Assembly (NCBI GenBank): GCA_029259175.1
Contig: JAPDJH010000004.1
Location: 128,001 to 192,000, forward strand
Length of the DNA: 64,000 nt
From: Hadesarchaea archaeon
GTDB lineage: Archaea > Hadarchaeota > Hadarchaeia > Hadarchaeales > Hadarchaeaceae
Direction of reading: 5' to 3'
Part shown: one piece after another, positions 51,241 to 60,668 of the stretch
Layout: each line of letters starts with the position of its first letter
Position numbering within the stretch: position 1 is the first letter of the stretch
Program-made: the position numbers and the translations under genes
Notes under the pieces: generated by a model
What the model saw: only the letters and a program-made list of their open reading frames with translations
The model's database searches: none
Told to the model about the DNA's origin: nothing

Positions 51241-52431
51241 ATGGAAAGCCCCTCCGCAAATCTCGTGCAGCAGGCTTTTCGAGAAAACCGGGAGCTCGCC
51301 CTCCGTTTGAGATCTCTCATCGATAGGCGCGGCACCGAAGTCGTGAAAAAAATGGGACTCGATCGAATCAAGATCATGAACTTCTGCGGGACCCACGAAT
51401 GGACGACCGTGCACTACGGGCTCCGGTCCTTCCTACCCCCTTTTATAGAGCTCGTTGCTGGCCCGGGCTGTCCCGTGTGCGTCACGCCCGGACACTACGT
51501 GCAAGAGGCTGTAAAGCTGGCAATGGACGGCGTAATAGTCTACACCTATGGGGACTCCTTCAAGCTGAGGAGCACTTCAGGCCCCGGACCGCAGAGCTTG
51601 GCGGAAGCGCGGGCATCCGGGGGCGAGGTCCGGGTTGTGTACAGTTTCTTGGACGCCATAAGAGATGCGAAAAAACACGGAAAGCCATCTGTGTTCTTCG
51701 GTGTTGGATTCGAGACCACTGTGCCAGCATATGGATTTCCCCTTATTCAAAACCATGTGCCAGAAAATCTGAAGTTTCTCTCCGTCTGCCGGCTGACACC
51801 GCCTGCGATGAAATACACCATCAAGCTGCACCAAGAGCGAGGCCTCCTGCCTATTTCTGGGGTCATCGCACCTGGACACGTGTCAACCATCATAGGTGCT
51901 GGAGAATGGGAGTTCCTCCCACGCGATTATTGTATGCCCACGGTAGTCGCCGGATTTGAACCGCTCGATGTTTTGATCGCTATCGCTCGGATTCTACAAA
52001 TGGTGAAGAACAAGAAACCGGCCGTGGCGAATGAATACAGTCGCCTCGTACGCTGGGACGGAAACCCTGAAGCGAAGAAGGTGATCGAAGAAGTATTTGT
52101 TCCGACGTTTGCAGCGTGGCGCGGAATGGGATTCATTCCAAGGAGCGGACTCAGGCTCCGAGACCGGTATCAAAAACACGACGCATTTGTTCATTTCGGG
52201 ATTAAGGATGTCGAACCGTCTAAATACGCGTTCACCCATGCGCACTATGGGAGCCCGCCCGAAGCCGATTTGCCGCCCAACTGCAAGTGCGGCGAAGTCG
52301 TGACAGGCATATCGAAACCGACTGACTGTCCGCTGTTCATGCGTGGATGCACCCCCTCCAATCCGTGGGGGCCGTGCATGGTCTCCGTAGAAGGAACATG
52401 CATGATCTGGGCCAGGGAAAGGGGAGGATAA
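51241..52431 (+). CDS. hypD: Hydrogenase maturation protein HypD
   Basis: CGTH, GPGCPVC, GFETT, PGHVS, GPCMVSVEGTC. Confidence 0.95.
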   Translation: MESPSANLVQQAFRENRELALRLRSLIDRRGTEVVKKMGLDRIKIMNFCGTHEWTTVHYGLRSFLPPFIELVAGPGCPVCVTPGHYVQEAVKLAMDGVIVYTYGDSFKLRSTSGPGPQSLAEARASGGEVRVVYSFLDAIRDAKKHGKPSVFFGVGFETTVPAYGFPLIQNHVPENLKFLSVCRLTPPAMKYTIKLHQERGLLPISGVIAPGHVSTIIGAGEWEFLPRDYCMPTVVAGFEPLDVLIAIARILQMVKNKKPAVANEYSRLVRWDGNPEAKKVIEEVFVPTFAAWRGMGFIPRSGLRLRDRYQKHDAFVHFGIKDVEPSKYAFTHAHYGSPPEADLPPNCKCGEVVTGISKPTDCPLFMRGCTPSNPWGPCMVSVEGTCMIWARERGG

Positions 52432-52433
52432 AA

Positions 52434-53219
52434 ATGTGCCTAGGAGTGCCAGCGCGTGTAGAAGAGGTGCGCGGAATCACAGCGATTGCAGATTTTGGAG
52501 GGATCAAACGTGAAATCTTGGTCGGAGTGAAAGATTTGCAGCCGGGCGATCTGGTGATGGTTCATGCGGGAATGGCTATCGGCAAGCTCACGGAGGAAGC
52601 CGTGATAGAAAATCTAATGGTGTACAAAGAGCTTTTCGTTGCCGAGTCCTTGATGCGGGGGGAAAGCGAGGAAAGTGCAAAAAGAACCGCTGAGAAAGAA
52701 ATAGAGAAAATTCTGGAAGAGTTGGGAGTGGAAAAACCCATGATCAAAGAAACAGAGGACGTCAGAACAGCCGAGCAGGTGGAAACGCCCATTCCGCCCA
52801 ATGCGTTCAAGCGCAGGTATCGGGCCTCGCTCTCTGATACGGACTACCTGCAAGTGATGCACTACACCAACTATCTGCGCTATTGTGAGCGCGCACAACA
52901 AGAGCTGCTGGACTCTATAGGGTTCGGGTACGCCAAGCTGATCCACCAACACGGTCTTTTCATCCCTACTGTTGAAACCTCTATCAGGCTCAAGGGACCC
53001 ATCAGGCTGGACAACGAATTTGAGGTTGCCGTGTGGGTGGAAGAAATCGGTCGAAAACACATCCGCTTTAAAAACGTGATAAGGAACCTCACGTCTAACA
53101 AGATTGTGGCCGAAGCAACGACCATAGCGGTCTGCACCGACATCAGTCTGATGGAGGGGATGGAGCTTCCGGCAGAACTGGTGGAAAAACTCAGGCCATA
53201 CATGGAGGGTGCGAAATGA
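52434..53219 (+). CDS. hypC: HypC fused to a hotdog-fold acyl-CoA thioesterase
   Basis: MCLGVP...VMVHAGMAI followed by SDTDYLQVMHYTNYLRYCERA thioesterase motif. Confidence 0.82.
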   Translation: MCLGVPARVEEVRGITAIADFGGIKREILVGVKDLQPGDLVMVHAGMAIGKLTEEAVIENLMVYKELFVAESLMRGESEESAKRTAEKEIEKILEELGVEKPMIKETEDVRTAEQVETPIPPNAFKRRYRASLSDTDYLQVMHYTNYLRYCERAQQELLDSIGFGYAKLIHQHGLFIPTVETSIRLKGPIRLDNEFEVAVWVEEIGRKHIRFKNVIRNLTSNKIVAEATTIAVCTDISLMEGMELPAELVEKLRPYMEGAK

Positions 53220-53527
53220 GGGTGAAGGTGAGGCTGTTCGCGAACTTCAGAGAGGTGATGGGGACGGGAAATCTCGAAGTTGAAAACGTGCACAATATCG
53301 GGGAGCTGCTAAGCAAACTCACCGAGATGAAAAGAGAAATGGAAAAAGAACTCTACTACCCCGGCACAAAAGAACTCGTAAAAACGGTGCAGATAATGCA
53401 CAACGGAAAAAACGTCAAATTACCCCAGGGTCTTGAAGCGGAGCTGAAAGAGGGCGACGAGATTGCAATATTTCCGCCCGTGGCCGGGGGAGAGGGCTCG
53501 AACACATCAGCTTCTCATGTCTCTTAA
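53216..53527 (+). CDS. MoaD/SAMP ubiquitin-like protein with extension after GG
   Basis: VKVRLFANFRE...LKEGDEIAIFPPVAGG-EGSNTSASHVS. Confidence 0.85.
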   Translation: MRVKVRLFANFREVMGTGNLEVENVHNIGELLSKLTEMKREMEKELYYPGTKELVKTVQIMHNGKNVKLPQGLEAELKEGDEIAIFPPVAGGEGSNTSASHVS

Positions 53528-54304
53528 ACTTCTGCCGCTCGCATCCGGTCTGCGCAGTACTTTGATGATTTCAGCCATTATGCTGACGGCGATTTCCGCT
53601 GGTGTTTCGGCGCCGATATCGAGACCCACTGGGGCATGAACACGTTCCAACCACTCTTTGGACACCCCGTCACGCACCAAACGTTCAAAGGTCATCTGGA
53701 TTCGGGTCCTGCTGGCTAGCCACCCCACATAACGTGCGCGTGAGCCGGACAGCGCTTTGAGCGCCTCTTCATCTCCTTTGTGTCTCGATGCAATAACCAC
53801 AAAGGTGTTTTCGTCGACTTCGATCTCGCGCGCGGCTTGTTCAATCGGTTTCTGAAGCACTTTCACTCCTTGGAACTCGGAAGGATCAAGCGCAGGATCG
53901 ACCACTGTGACTTGAAAGCCGTTTCTCTTTCCCAGCTCCGCCAGCTCGCGTCCCACGTGACCACCGCCGACTATCAAAAGCTTTGGTGGAGGGAGTATGG
54001 GCTCGATGTAGAGCCGAACAGTCCCGCCGCATTCCATTCCTACACCGCCTCTAGACTCTTCAACCAAATCCAACTCGATCAACTTAGGCTGGCGTGTTCT
54101 GAGCACCTCAAGGGCCTCGTTCACCGCACTGCTTTCTATACAACCGCCGCCGATGGATCCGATGGTCGAACCGTCTGGAAGAACGAGCATCTTTGCGCCC
54201 AGATCACGGGGAGAGGATCCCTTACGCCCGACCACAGTCACTACGGCGAAGGGCTTTCCTTCAGCCATCAGTCGTCCCATTTCCGCAAGCACCTTGGGCT
54301 CCAT
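53507..54304 (-). CDS. XdhC/CoxI family Mo/W-cofactor chaperone
   Basis: GSSPR..GAKM, GSIGGGC, CGG, PVGLDIGAETPAEIAVSI. Confidence 0.9.
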   Translation of the reverse strand: MEPKVLAEMGRLMAEGKPFAVVTVVGRKGSSPRDLGAKMLVLPDGSTIGSIGGGCIESSAVNEALEVLRTRQPKLIELDLVEESRGGVGMECGGTVRLYIEPILPPPKLLIVGGGHVGRELAELGKRNGFQVTVVDPALDPSEFQGVKVLQKPIEQAAREIEVDENTFVVIASRHKGDEEALKALSGSRARYVGWLASRTRIQMTFERLVRDGVSKEWLERVHAPVGLDIGAETPAEIAVSIMAEIIKVLRRPDASGRSLRDMRS

Positions 54305-54356
54305 CCATTCTCCTTTTCTTCTAAAATTTATGAGAATAGCGGGCGGAGATTTATCG

Positions 54357-54764
54357 GTGCTGATACGTAAACAGGACTACCAGCTCATTGCGGAACACGC
54401 ACAGAAAGAGGCGCCCAACGAGGCCTGTGGAGCGCTGCTCGGAAAACACGAAAACGAAAAAATCGTTGTGGAACGAGTCGTGAAGGCAAAAAATATCCGC
54501 GAGTCCCCGGTGGAATACGAAATCTCAGCAGAAGAAATCTTGGAAATCTATAGGCTCGCTGAAGTGCTGGAGCTCGAGGTGGTCGGGTTTTACCACAGCC
54601 ATCCGTTCCACGGTCCATTGTGGTCAACTGTGGACGACGAGCGTAGCAAGCTGTGGATCAACCACCTTTTCCTGATTTACTCCGTGGCCCAGAAGGAGGC
54701 CAGATGTTACAAACGAGTAGCCGAAAATCGTGTTGAGGAGGAGCCCATCGAAATCGTTGAATAA
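54357..54764 (+). CDS. JAMM/MPN+ metalloprotease (desampylase-like)
   Basis: PNEACGALLG, GFYHSHP..S..D. Confidence 0.88.
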   Translation: MLIRKQDYQLIAEHAQKEAPNEACGALLGKHENEKIVVERVVKAKNIRESPVEYEISAEEILEIYRLAEVLELEVVGFYHSHPFHGPLWSTVDDERSKLWINHLFLIYSVAQKEARCYKRVAENRVEEEPIEIVE

Positions 54765-54954
54765 AACACGCCTCTCCTTACTAAGAATTTTTTGGATATG
54801 GTGAAAATGTGCGCGTAGTGCTGTGAAAAATCGGGATATGCTTGTGTGGAATTCAAAGATGACTTCGTTGAGATAAGCTCGGAACGGCAAGACTCTTAAA
54901 GGAAGAATGGAGTCTGCTTGTCTCCAAGATTCAGAACGGAAAACTCACGGCCCG

Positions 54955-56163
54955 CTAAGCCAGCGATCTGGAGATCTCTTCGACTACTGAAATCAGCCTT
55001 TCGATTTCTTCTTTTTTATTGTACAAATAGACCGAAGCCCTCACCGATCCCTGCGGTCGGTTCAGCACCTCTCTGTGCAGGGGCATCGCACAGTGGTGGC
55101 CCGAGCGCACCATTATTTTGGCAGCGTTATCCAAGGTCGCTGCAACATCGTGGGGGCCAAGTCCCTCCACATTAAAAGCCACTATTCCTGTGCGCTTAGA
55201 GGGCGGTGGGCCATAGATCTCAACCCGCTCAATCGACGAGAGCCCATCATACAACTCGCGCGTAAGCTTTCGTTCGTGAGCCGCGATTGCTGTCATCCCG
55301 TGAGTGCGCAGATATCTTACCGCTTCAGCCAATCCAATTGTCTCAGCAATTGGTGGGGTGCCCGCCTCAAAACCTTCAGGCGGTTTAGCCAGCTTGTAAC
55401 CCTTCGACGAAACCTCATCGATGGTGCCTCCGCCAATAGCTAGCGGATCGAGTTCTGCCAACGCGTCCGCTCGAGCATAGAGTACTCCTACGCCCGTGGG
55501 GCCCAGCATCTTGTGACCGGAGAAAACCAAAAAGTCACAACCCAGCTTGCGAACACTCACAGGCATGTGCGGCACCGACTGTGCACCGTCTACGAGGACT
55601 AGAGCACCATGCTCGTGGGCTATCCGAACCACTTCCTTGACTGGGAGAACACACCCAAGCACGTTCGACACATGAGTGACCGCCACGAGTTTTGTTTGGT
55701 CGGAAACAGCTCGTTCAAAATCATCCAACGAAATCTCCCCCTCACGTGATGCGCGTACGAGAACCAAGCGCACACCGCAGTCTTGGGCGAGACGTTGCCA
55801 TGGAATGAAATTCGAGTGGTGCTCGATAAGTGTTGTAACGATGTGGTCTCCTCTCTTCCACCGCAATCCTCTCGCTACAGCATTTATTCCCTCTGTAGCA
55901 TTCTTTGTGAAAATGATTTCCTCTCGTGCCGACGCCGATATGAAACGCTGAATCTCTCTGCGGGCCTCTTCCATCTCGTGTGTCGCCCGCTGGGAAAGCC
56001 GGTGCACCCCACGTTCCACGTTGGCGCGGTACTCGCGGTAAAACGAAAGCATGCGCTCGATCACTGGCTCAGGGGTCAGACTGCTTGCAGCGTTGTCGAG
56101 GTATATGATGCCCGTATCGAGAATGGGAAAATCCTTTCTTATCCGATCTACTCGCAACATCAT
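54955..56163 (-). CDS. sufS: Cysteine desulfurase, SufS/Csd type
   Basis: YLDNAAS, EHHSN, DGAQ, SGHKM, RSGHHCA. Confidence 0.92.
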   Translation of the reverse strand: MMLRVDRIRKDFPILDTGIIYLDNAASSLTPEPVIERMLSFYREYRANVERGVHRLSQRATHEMEEARREIQRFISASAREEIIFTKNATEGINAVARGLRWKRGDHIVTTLIEHHSNFIPWQRLAQDCGVRLVLVRASREGEISLDDFERAVSDQTKLVAVTHVSNVLGCVLPVKEVVRIAHEHGALVLVDGAQSVPHMPVSVRKLGCDFLVFSGHKMLGPTGVGVLYARADALAELDPLAIGGGTIDEVSSKGYKLAKPPEGFEAGTPPIAETIGLAEAVRYLRTHGMTAIAAHERKLTRELYDGLSSIERVEIYGPPPSKRTGIVAFNVEGLGPHDVAATLDNAAKIMVRSGHHCAMPLHREVLNRPQGSVRASVYLYNKKEEIERLISVVEEISRSLA

Positions 56164-56212
56164 CTACATCTCCATCTCTGTGATTCAATAAAACTGTAGA
56201 GGCTGAGGTTCT

Positions 56213-56404
56213 CTTCGGAAGCCTTGACCTCCGAAGTTGGCGACTCTGGGCCGCCTCTAGGGCCGGAACCCACACGGCCCCGTTCCCGGAGCGCTGCTCC
56301 AGGAACCTCTTCCCCGGGCCTGTCGATCCACGCAGTTCTGCTTCCCGCAGAGCGCCACGGACGGTGCGAGAAGCGCTCTCTGGAGTCACCGACCCGGACT
56401 TTCC
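56213..56404 (-). ncRNA. Candidate structured leader or ncRNA upstream of sufS
   Basis: Enclosing stem and several hairpins whose G-U pairs work only on the minus strand; TTAAAT box at 56425-56430. Confidence 0.45.
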
Positions 56405-56536
56405 GTAAAGAAGTTTCACTTCCCATTTAAGCTCGTTTCGGGGAGAGAGGCCGACGAAAGTATTTGCGGGCTCAGAGTTTCAAAGAGAACCAGAGGCTGA
56501 AAATATTTATAACGGCGTTATAAAAAATATTTCTCG

Positions 56537-56959
56537 ATGAAGCTCCTGATGCTTCACTGTGATTACTTCTCATTCGCCACCACCCAGCCAACCAAGTTTG
56601 CCGAGCAAGTGGGTGAAGAATGCAAGAGTTGCGGTATAAAGGACACGCTTGTGATCTTCACCACCGTCGAGCGCAAGGACGAGCGCGACCCTAAGGCCGT
56701 TGTGGAATGCGCCGTGCACGAAATAAACACCACCACCAAACGCTTGGGTGTGAGAAAACTGATAGTATATCCCTTCGTCCACCTCTCAGCCGAAGCTGGA
56801 AGCCCCCAAGCCGCAAAACACATAATCGACACGTTATACCAACAACTACAGAGCGCCGGATACGAGGTCAAGAAAGCACCTTTCGGATGGGAAAAAGTGT
56901 TCTCGCTGACTTCCAAAGGACACCCCCTGTCAGAGTCTTTCAAAACCATTGAAGTTTAA
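56537..56959 (+). CDS. Stand-alone archaeal threonyl-tRNA synthetase editing domain
   Basis: MKLLMLHCDY, YPFVHLS, APFGWEK, KGHPLSE. Confidence 0.85.
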   Translation: MKLLMLHCDYFSFATTQPTKFAEQVGEECKSCGIKDTLVIFTTVERKDERDPKAVVECAVHEINTTTKRLGVRKLIVYPFVHLSAEAGSPQAAKHIIDTLYQQLQSAGYEVKKAPFGWEKVFSLTSKGHPLSESFKTIEV

Positions 56960-57609
56960 CTCACGAATTCGCCCAAGAGCGAAATCCCAACCACTGCATC
57001 CTCCTTTGTTGGGGACTCGACAATGAATCGAAACACAAAATATGCCGCGCGCTTCCTATCTTGGAGTTTCATCGCGTGCGCCAAGAGTTCTCCAGCCGGC
57101 AAGCGCTCAACCCTCACGGCTTGTTTCCCTTTTGAGCATTTACCACACCTATCGGTTGCGCATTCAAGCGCTGGGCGCTTGCACACGTCGCAGAGAGCTG
57201 CCGCCCACACGAGCCGAGACACGCGATTGGCCGTCCGCAGTATATCACTACGATCCACGCACCTCTGAATCTTGAGCTTTCCGTTCCGGAACACGCTGAT
57301 CTCACGGCCTTTCCACACGAACTTTGCTACGCCAAGGTTGGAACTGCACTTAAACTGTGAAAATCCCAAGGCCGCGCTTTCGAGGATCTTGCAGAGCGTG
57401 TCGCCGTCGAAAAAATCCTTTTCGAGATCCTCGGACAGCTCCACATCGGCCATGAGCTTTCCCCGCTCTGACGCGCACGGGTGCACGTAAAGAAGTGCTT
57501 GCTTCCTGATTTTCAAAAGCTCGCCAATCTCCAAACCCTTGCGCAACACACATCCATCCACGTATCGGGGAATCACAAGTTCAGGCACTTGCGCCACCGC
57601 TCTTTGCAC
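56956..57609 (-). CDS. Hypothetical protein with Cys cluster
   Basis: HPCA, ISVFRNGKLKI, CDVC..EC...CGKC; downstream of iscU. Confidence 0.6.
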   Translation of the reverse strand: MQRAVAQVPELVIPRYVDGCVLRKGLEIGELLKIRKQALLYVHPCASERGKLMADVELSEDLEKDFFDGDTLCKILESAALGFSQFKCSSNLGVAKFVWKGREISVFRNGKLKIQRCVDRSDILRTANRVSRLVWAAALCDVCKRPALECATDRCGKCSKGKQAVRVERLPAGELLAHAMKLQDRKRAAYFVFRFIVESPTKEDAVVGISLLGEFVS

Positions 57610-57994
57610 GATACTCCTGCAGCGCCTTTTTCAAGGTCTTATACGCCAGGACGGCACAGTGCATCTTGAGTGCTGGCAGTCCGCCAAGCGCATCGGTGAT
57701 TTGTTTAATGGTGAGTTTCTCCGCTTCCTCGACACTCTTGCCTTTGATAAGTTCGGTGGTCATAGAACCCGTGGCTATGTTCGCCGCGCATCCGAACGAC
57801 AGAAACTTGGCGTCGACGATTTTGTTGTTCTCGATTCTCAGAAACATCTTGAACATGTCTCCGCACTGCGGGTCTCCCTCTACCGCCACCACTGTGGGAT
57901 CCTTCATTTCTCCCATGTTCTTTGGATTCCGAAAGAGTTCGAGAACTTTTTCCGTGTACCTCAGCAAACTGCGCTCGGTGTATTCGGCTGGCAT
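57581..57994 (-). CDS. iscU: Fe-S scaffold IscU/NifU
   Basis: NPKNMG, CGD, FGCAA, KMHCAVLA. Confidence 0.92.
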   Translation of the reverse strand: MPAEYTERSLLRYTEKVLELFRNPKNMGEMKDPTVVAVEGDPQCGDMFKMFLRIENNKIVDAKFLSFGCAANIATGSMTTELIKGKSVEEAEKLTIKQITDALGGLPALKMHCAVLAYKTLKKALQEYRAKSGGASA

Positions 57995-59166
57995 CACATT
58001 TCCTCCGGTTTTATCGGGCTGATCCGACGCAGGTCTTCTATGACTCTTGGAAGGACTTCCAGTGCATGGTCGATTTCTTTTTCTTCTGTGAGCCACGTGA
58101 ACGTGAAGCGGATTGCCCCATGTGCAATCTCTGGCTTGACCCCAATGGCCGACAGCACATGGCTGGGCTCCAGCTTTCTTGTGGAACAGGCCGAACCGGT
58201 GGCTACAGCGATTCCGTGCATATCCAGCCGTAGAAGAATGGATTCTCCTTCGATCCCCTTAAACGAATAATTTACGTTCGCCGGACTGCGTTTTTCTCCT
58301 CGCGGACCATGCAGTACAACGTGTGGGATTTTATCCTCGATACCCTGCATGAGCCTCGCTTGGAGCTTCCGCATATGTGCTATGTGGGCATCAAAGTGGT
58401 CAAACGCAAGTTCAACGGCCTTGGCGAATCCCATTATGCCCGGGATATTCTCGGTGCCTGGCCTCAGAGCTGAAAGCGAGATGTATCCGTAATCGATCGG
58501 CTCGATTCGTGTCCCCTCTCTCACGTAAAGCGCTCCAGCTCCTTTGGGGCCGTGAATCTTGTGAGCGCTTATGCTCAGCAAATCCACGCCCATGTGGCCA
58601 ACATCTATCGGAACACGGGCATAACCAGCGGCGGCGTTTACGTGAAAATACGTGTGCTGATTCCGCTCTTTCACGATCTTGACTATCTCCTCAACGTTTT
58701 GTATCGTTCCGATCTCGTCGTTCACGTTTCCGATACTTACCAAGATGGTTTCGTTGGTAAGCTTCTCTTCAACGGTTTTTGGATCGACAAATCCTTCACT
58801 GTCCACCGGCAGGTAATCCACTTTGAATCCCTCCTTTTCAAGCCGCTCACACACCCGAAGCACAGAAGGGTTCTCAACCTTGGTAGTTATGATGTGGCGA
58901 CCGCGATTCCTGTTGGCATACGCTACCCCCCGGAGTGCGATATCGTTCGCTTCTGTGGCTCCCGAGGTAAACACGATCTCTTCTGGTTTTCCGCCGATGC
59001 TGTGCGCAATCACCTCTCGGGCCCGGTCGACCGCCGCGGCGGCGCGCGTGCCCAGCTCGTACAAGAAAATCGGATGACCAAAATCTTCCTCCATATACTT
59101 TCTCATTTCCTGTACAACTTGGGGGTGTGTCCAAGTGGTGCTCCCGCAATCCAGGTAGGCCTTCAT
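57994..59166 (-). CDS. iscS: Cysteine desulfurase IscS/NifS
   Basis: FTSGATEAN, SAHKIHGPKG, RPGTEN, TGSACS. Confidence 0.92.
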   Translation of the reverse strand: MKAYLDCGSTTWTHPQVVQEMRKYMEEDFGHPIFLYELGTRAAAAVDRAREVIAHSIGGKPEEIVFTSGATEANDIALRGVAYANRNRGRHIITTKVENPSVLRVCERLEKEGFKVDYLPVDSEGFVDPKTVEEKLTNETILVSIGNVNDEIGTIQNVEEIVKIVKERNQHTYFHVNAAAGYARVPIDVGHMGVDLLSISAHKIHGPKGAGALYVREGTRIEPIDYGYISLSALRPGTENIPGIMGFAKAVELAFDHFDAHIAHMRKLQARLMQGIEDKIPHVVLHGPRGEKRSPANVNYSFKGIEGESILLRLDMHGIAVATGSACSTRKLEPSHVLSAIGVKPEIAHGAIRFTFTWLTEEKEIDHALEVLPRVIEDLRRISPIKPEEM

Positions 59167-59483
59167 TTCAAGGCCCCTTTCTTCGAAAGCTCGGCACAGA
59201 TATGACAGTAGATCTGAGAAAATTCCTCGTCTCTGCGTTCCTCCGCCACTATTTGTTCAACCAGCTCATCTATCACCGACATTATTCCGTATCGGCGCAG
59301 GACTGATTGATATCGTGAGCCCCTAAGCCTGTTCAGATACTGGCTAACCGCTGGCTGGGTGATGCCCAAACGCTCGGCTATCTCGGTTTGCTTCATTCTG
59401 TGCTTCTCCGCCAGCTTTTTCACAACAGCTACACGAACGGCCGGCAGAATCCGCTTGACCATGAGTTCACATTTCGGTCGCAT
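59163..59483 (-). CDS. HTH transcriptional regulator
   Basis: PKCE..LPAVR..QTEIAERLGITQPAVSQYL...RG; C-terminal CHIC. Confidence 0.85.
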   Translation of the reverse strand: MRPKCELMVKRILPAVRVAVVKKLAEKHRMKQTEIAERLGITQPAVSQYLNRLRGSRYQSVLRRYGIMSVIDELVEQIVAEERRDEEFSQIYCHICAELSKKGALK

Positions 59484-59629
59484 CTATAACAACGTTATCC
59501 TTTCTCTAATAAACCCTTTCTTGGTGATCTCTTCCGCCTGATCTCGTGGCAATGAACCACTCATTGAGAAAACAGTTCTTCTGGCTGAAAAGTGGAATTT
59601 GTTCAGCTCACCTCCGGAATCTGCAGCAA

Positions 59630-59781
59630 TGTCCCATATAGGACATCGTACTGACCGCCCGTTTTCCAGGACTTTGGTGCTAGAAAATCGAACTGCCGGT
59701 GGTAAGGATTGTCGTTGTTGTCCCATATGGGACATCCCAAAAGGAGAAGCTGTCAGTTATCGATGTGTCCCATATGGGACA
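59630..59781. repeat. Cluster 2 of 16-bp palindrome TGTCCCATATGGGACA
   Basis: One mismatch at 59630; perfect copies at 59719 and 59766. Confidence 0.95.
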
Positions 59782-59837
59782 TCACCAAACCTGAAAAACA
59801 ATAAAAGAAAAATGTCTCTAATACTCTCGTCGCACAT

Positions 59838-60584
59838 TCATTTCACTTTCAAAATTCGTGAGTAGAGATCCCTTTCTATTGGAATCCTTGGAGACGCTTC
59901 ACCCCTCTTCGGAAGATTTAATCTCCGGATTATAACCACGGGAGTTTGCTCCGCGCCTTCACCCATTATAAGCTGGGCCGCCGTCGCAAGCTGGTCTGCT
60001 ATGGCCCTAAATGTCTGTTTTAGTGGTTTTCCGTACAAATCAGGATCTCCACGACAATCGATCACCGGGACTACGCCAGCCACGCCGATCGATTGCCCCA
60101 CCGTCCCCACCCGCAACGGCTTCACATTGCTGTCGGAGATCACCACGCCAACGTCCGCTTTGACCCGCTTCTTTATTTCCATGCGAATTCTTCGCGCTGC
60201 TCTCTCGGGATTCTCCGGCATGAGAGCCACCCACCCCGGAGGCATGTTGGAAGAATCCACGCCCGCATTGGCACACAGGAGTCCGTTCTTTATGGTCAGA
60301 ACAGCGCCACGTGTGACGCCCAACACTTTGTCCGCTTCACGCAAAACGATCTCGACAAATCGCGGATCTTGGCCCGAAACCCTGGCGAGATTCATGGCCC
60401 GCTTTGAGGGCCTAATATCTGCAAGACGCGCAATCCTGTTCTCGCATATCGCTACAACCTTTGAAGAAATCACCACTATGTCTCGATTCTTCAGTCCACC
60501 GATTTTCGAAGAATTCCTAACAATTAGTGAAACCAGATCTGCTCCCGGTTTAACCACGGGGAACTTCAGACCAAAGATTTCCAT
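59838..60584 (-). CDS. cofE: Coenzyme F420-0:L-glutamate ligase
   Basis: VISSKV, ANAGVDSSN, ISDS..PLR.G, DLYGKPL, MGEG. Confidence 0.88.
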   Translation of the reverse strand: MEIFGLKFPVVKPGADLVSLIVRNSSKIGGLKNRDIVVISSKVVAICENRIARLADIRPSKRAMNLARVSGQDPRFVEIVLREADKVLGVTRGAVLTIKNGLLCANAGVDSSNMPPGWVALMPENPERAARRIRMEIKKRVKADVGVVISDSNVKPLRVGTVGQSIGVAGVVPVIDCRGDPDLYGKPLKQTFRAIADQLATAAQLIMGEGAEQTPVVIIRRLNLPKRGEASPRIPIERDLYSRILKVK

Positions 60585-60668
60585 CCAAACCCCACCCCTC
60601 TTCTGAGTTCTCCCATATAAGAAAACAAGCGAAAGCATTATTTTCGCCCACTTGCAGTAGAATGTGAA

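Noticed and set aside
56213-56404. RNase P or SRP RNA
   Set aside because: GGAAAGTCC is present but I find no matching CR-V/P4 partner; the SRP helix-8 motif is interrupted and sequestered in a stronger hairpin
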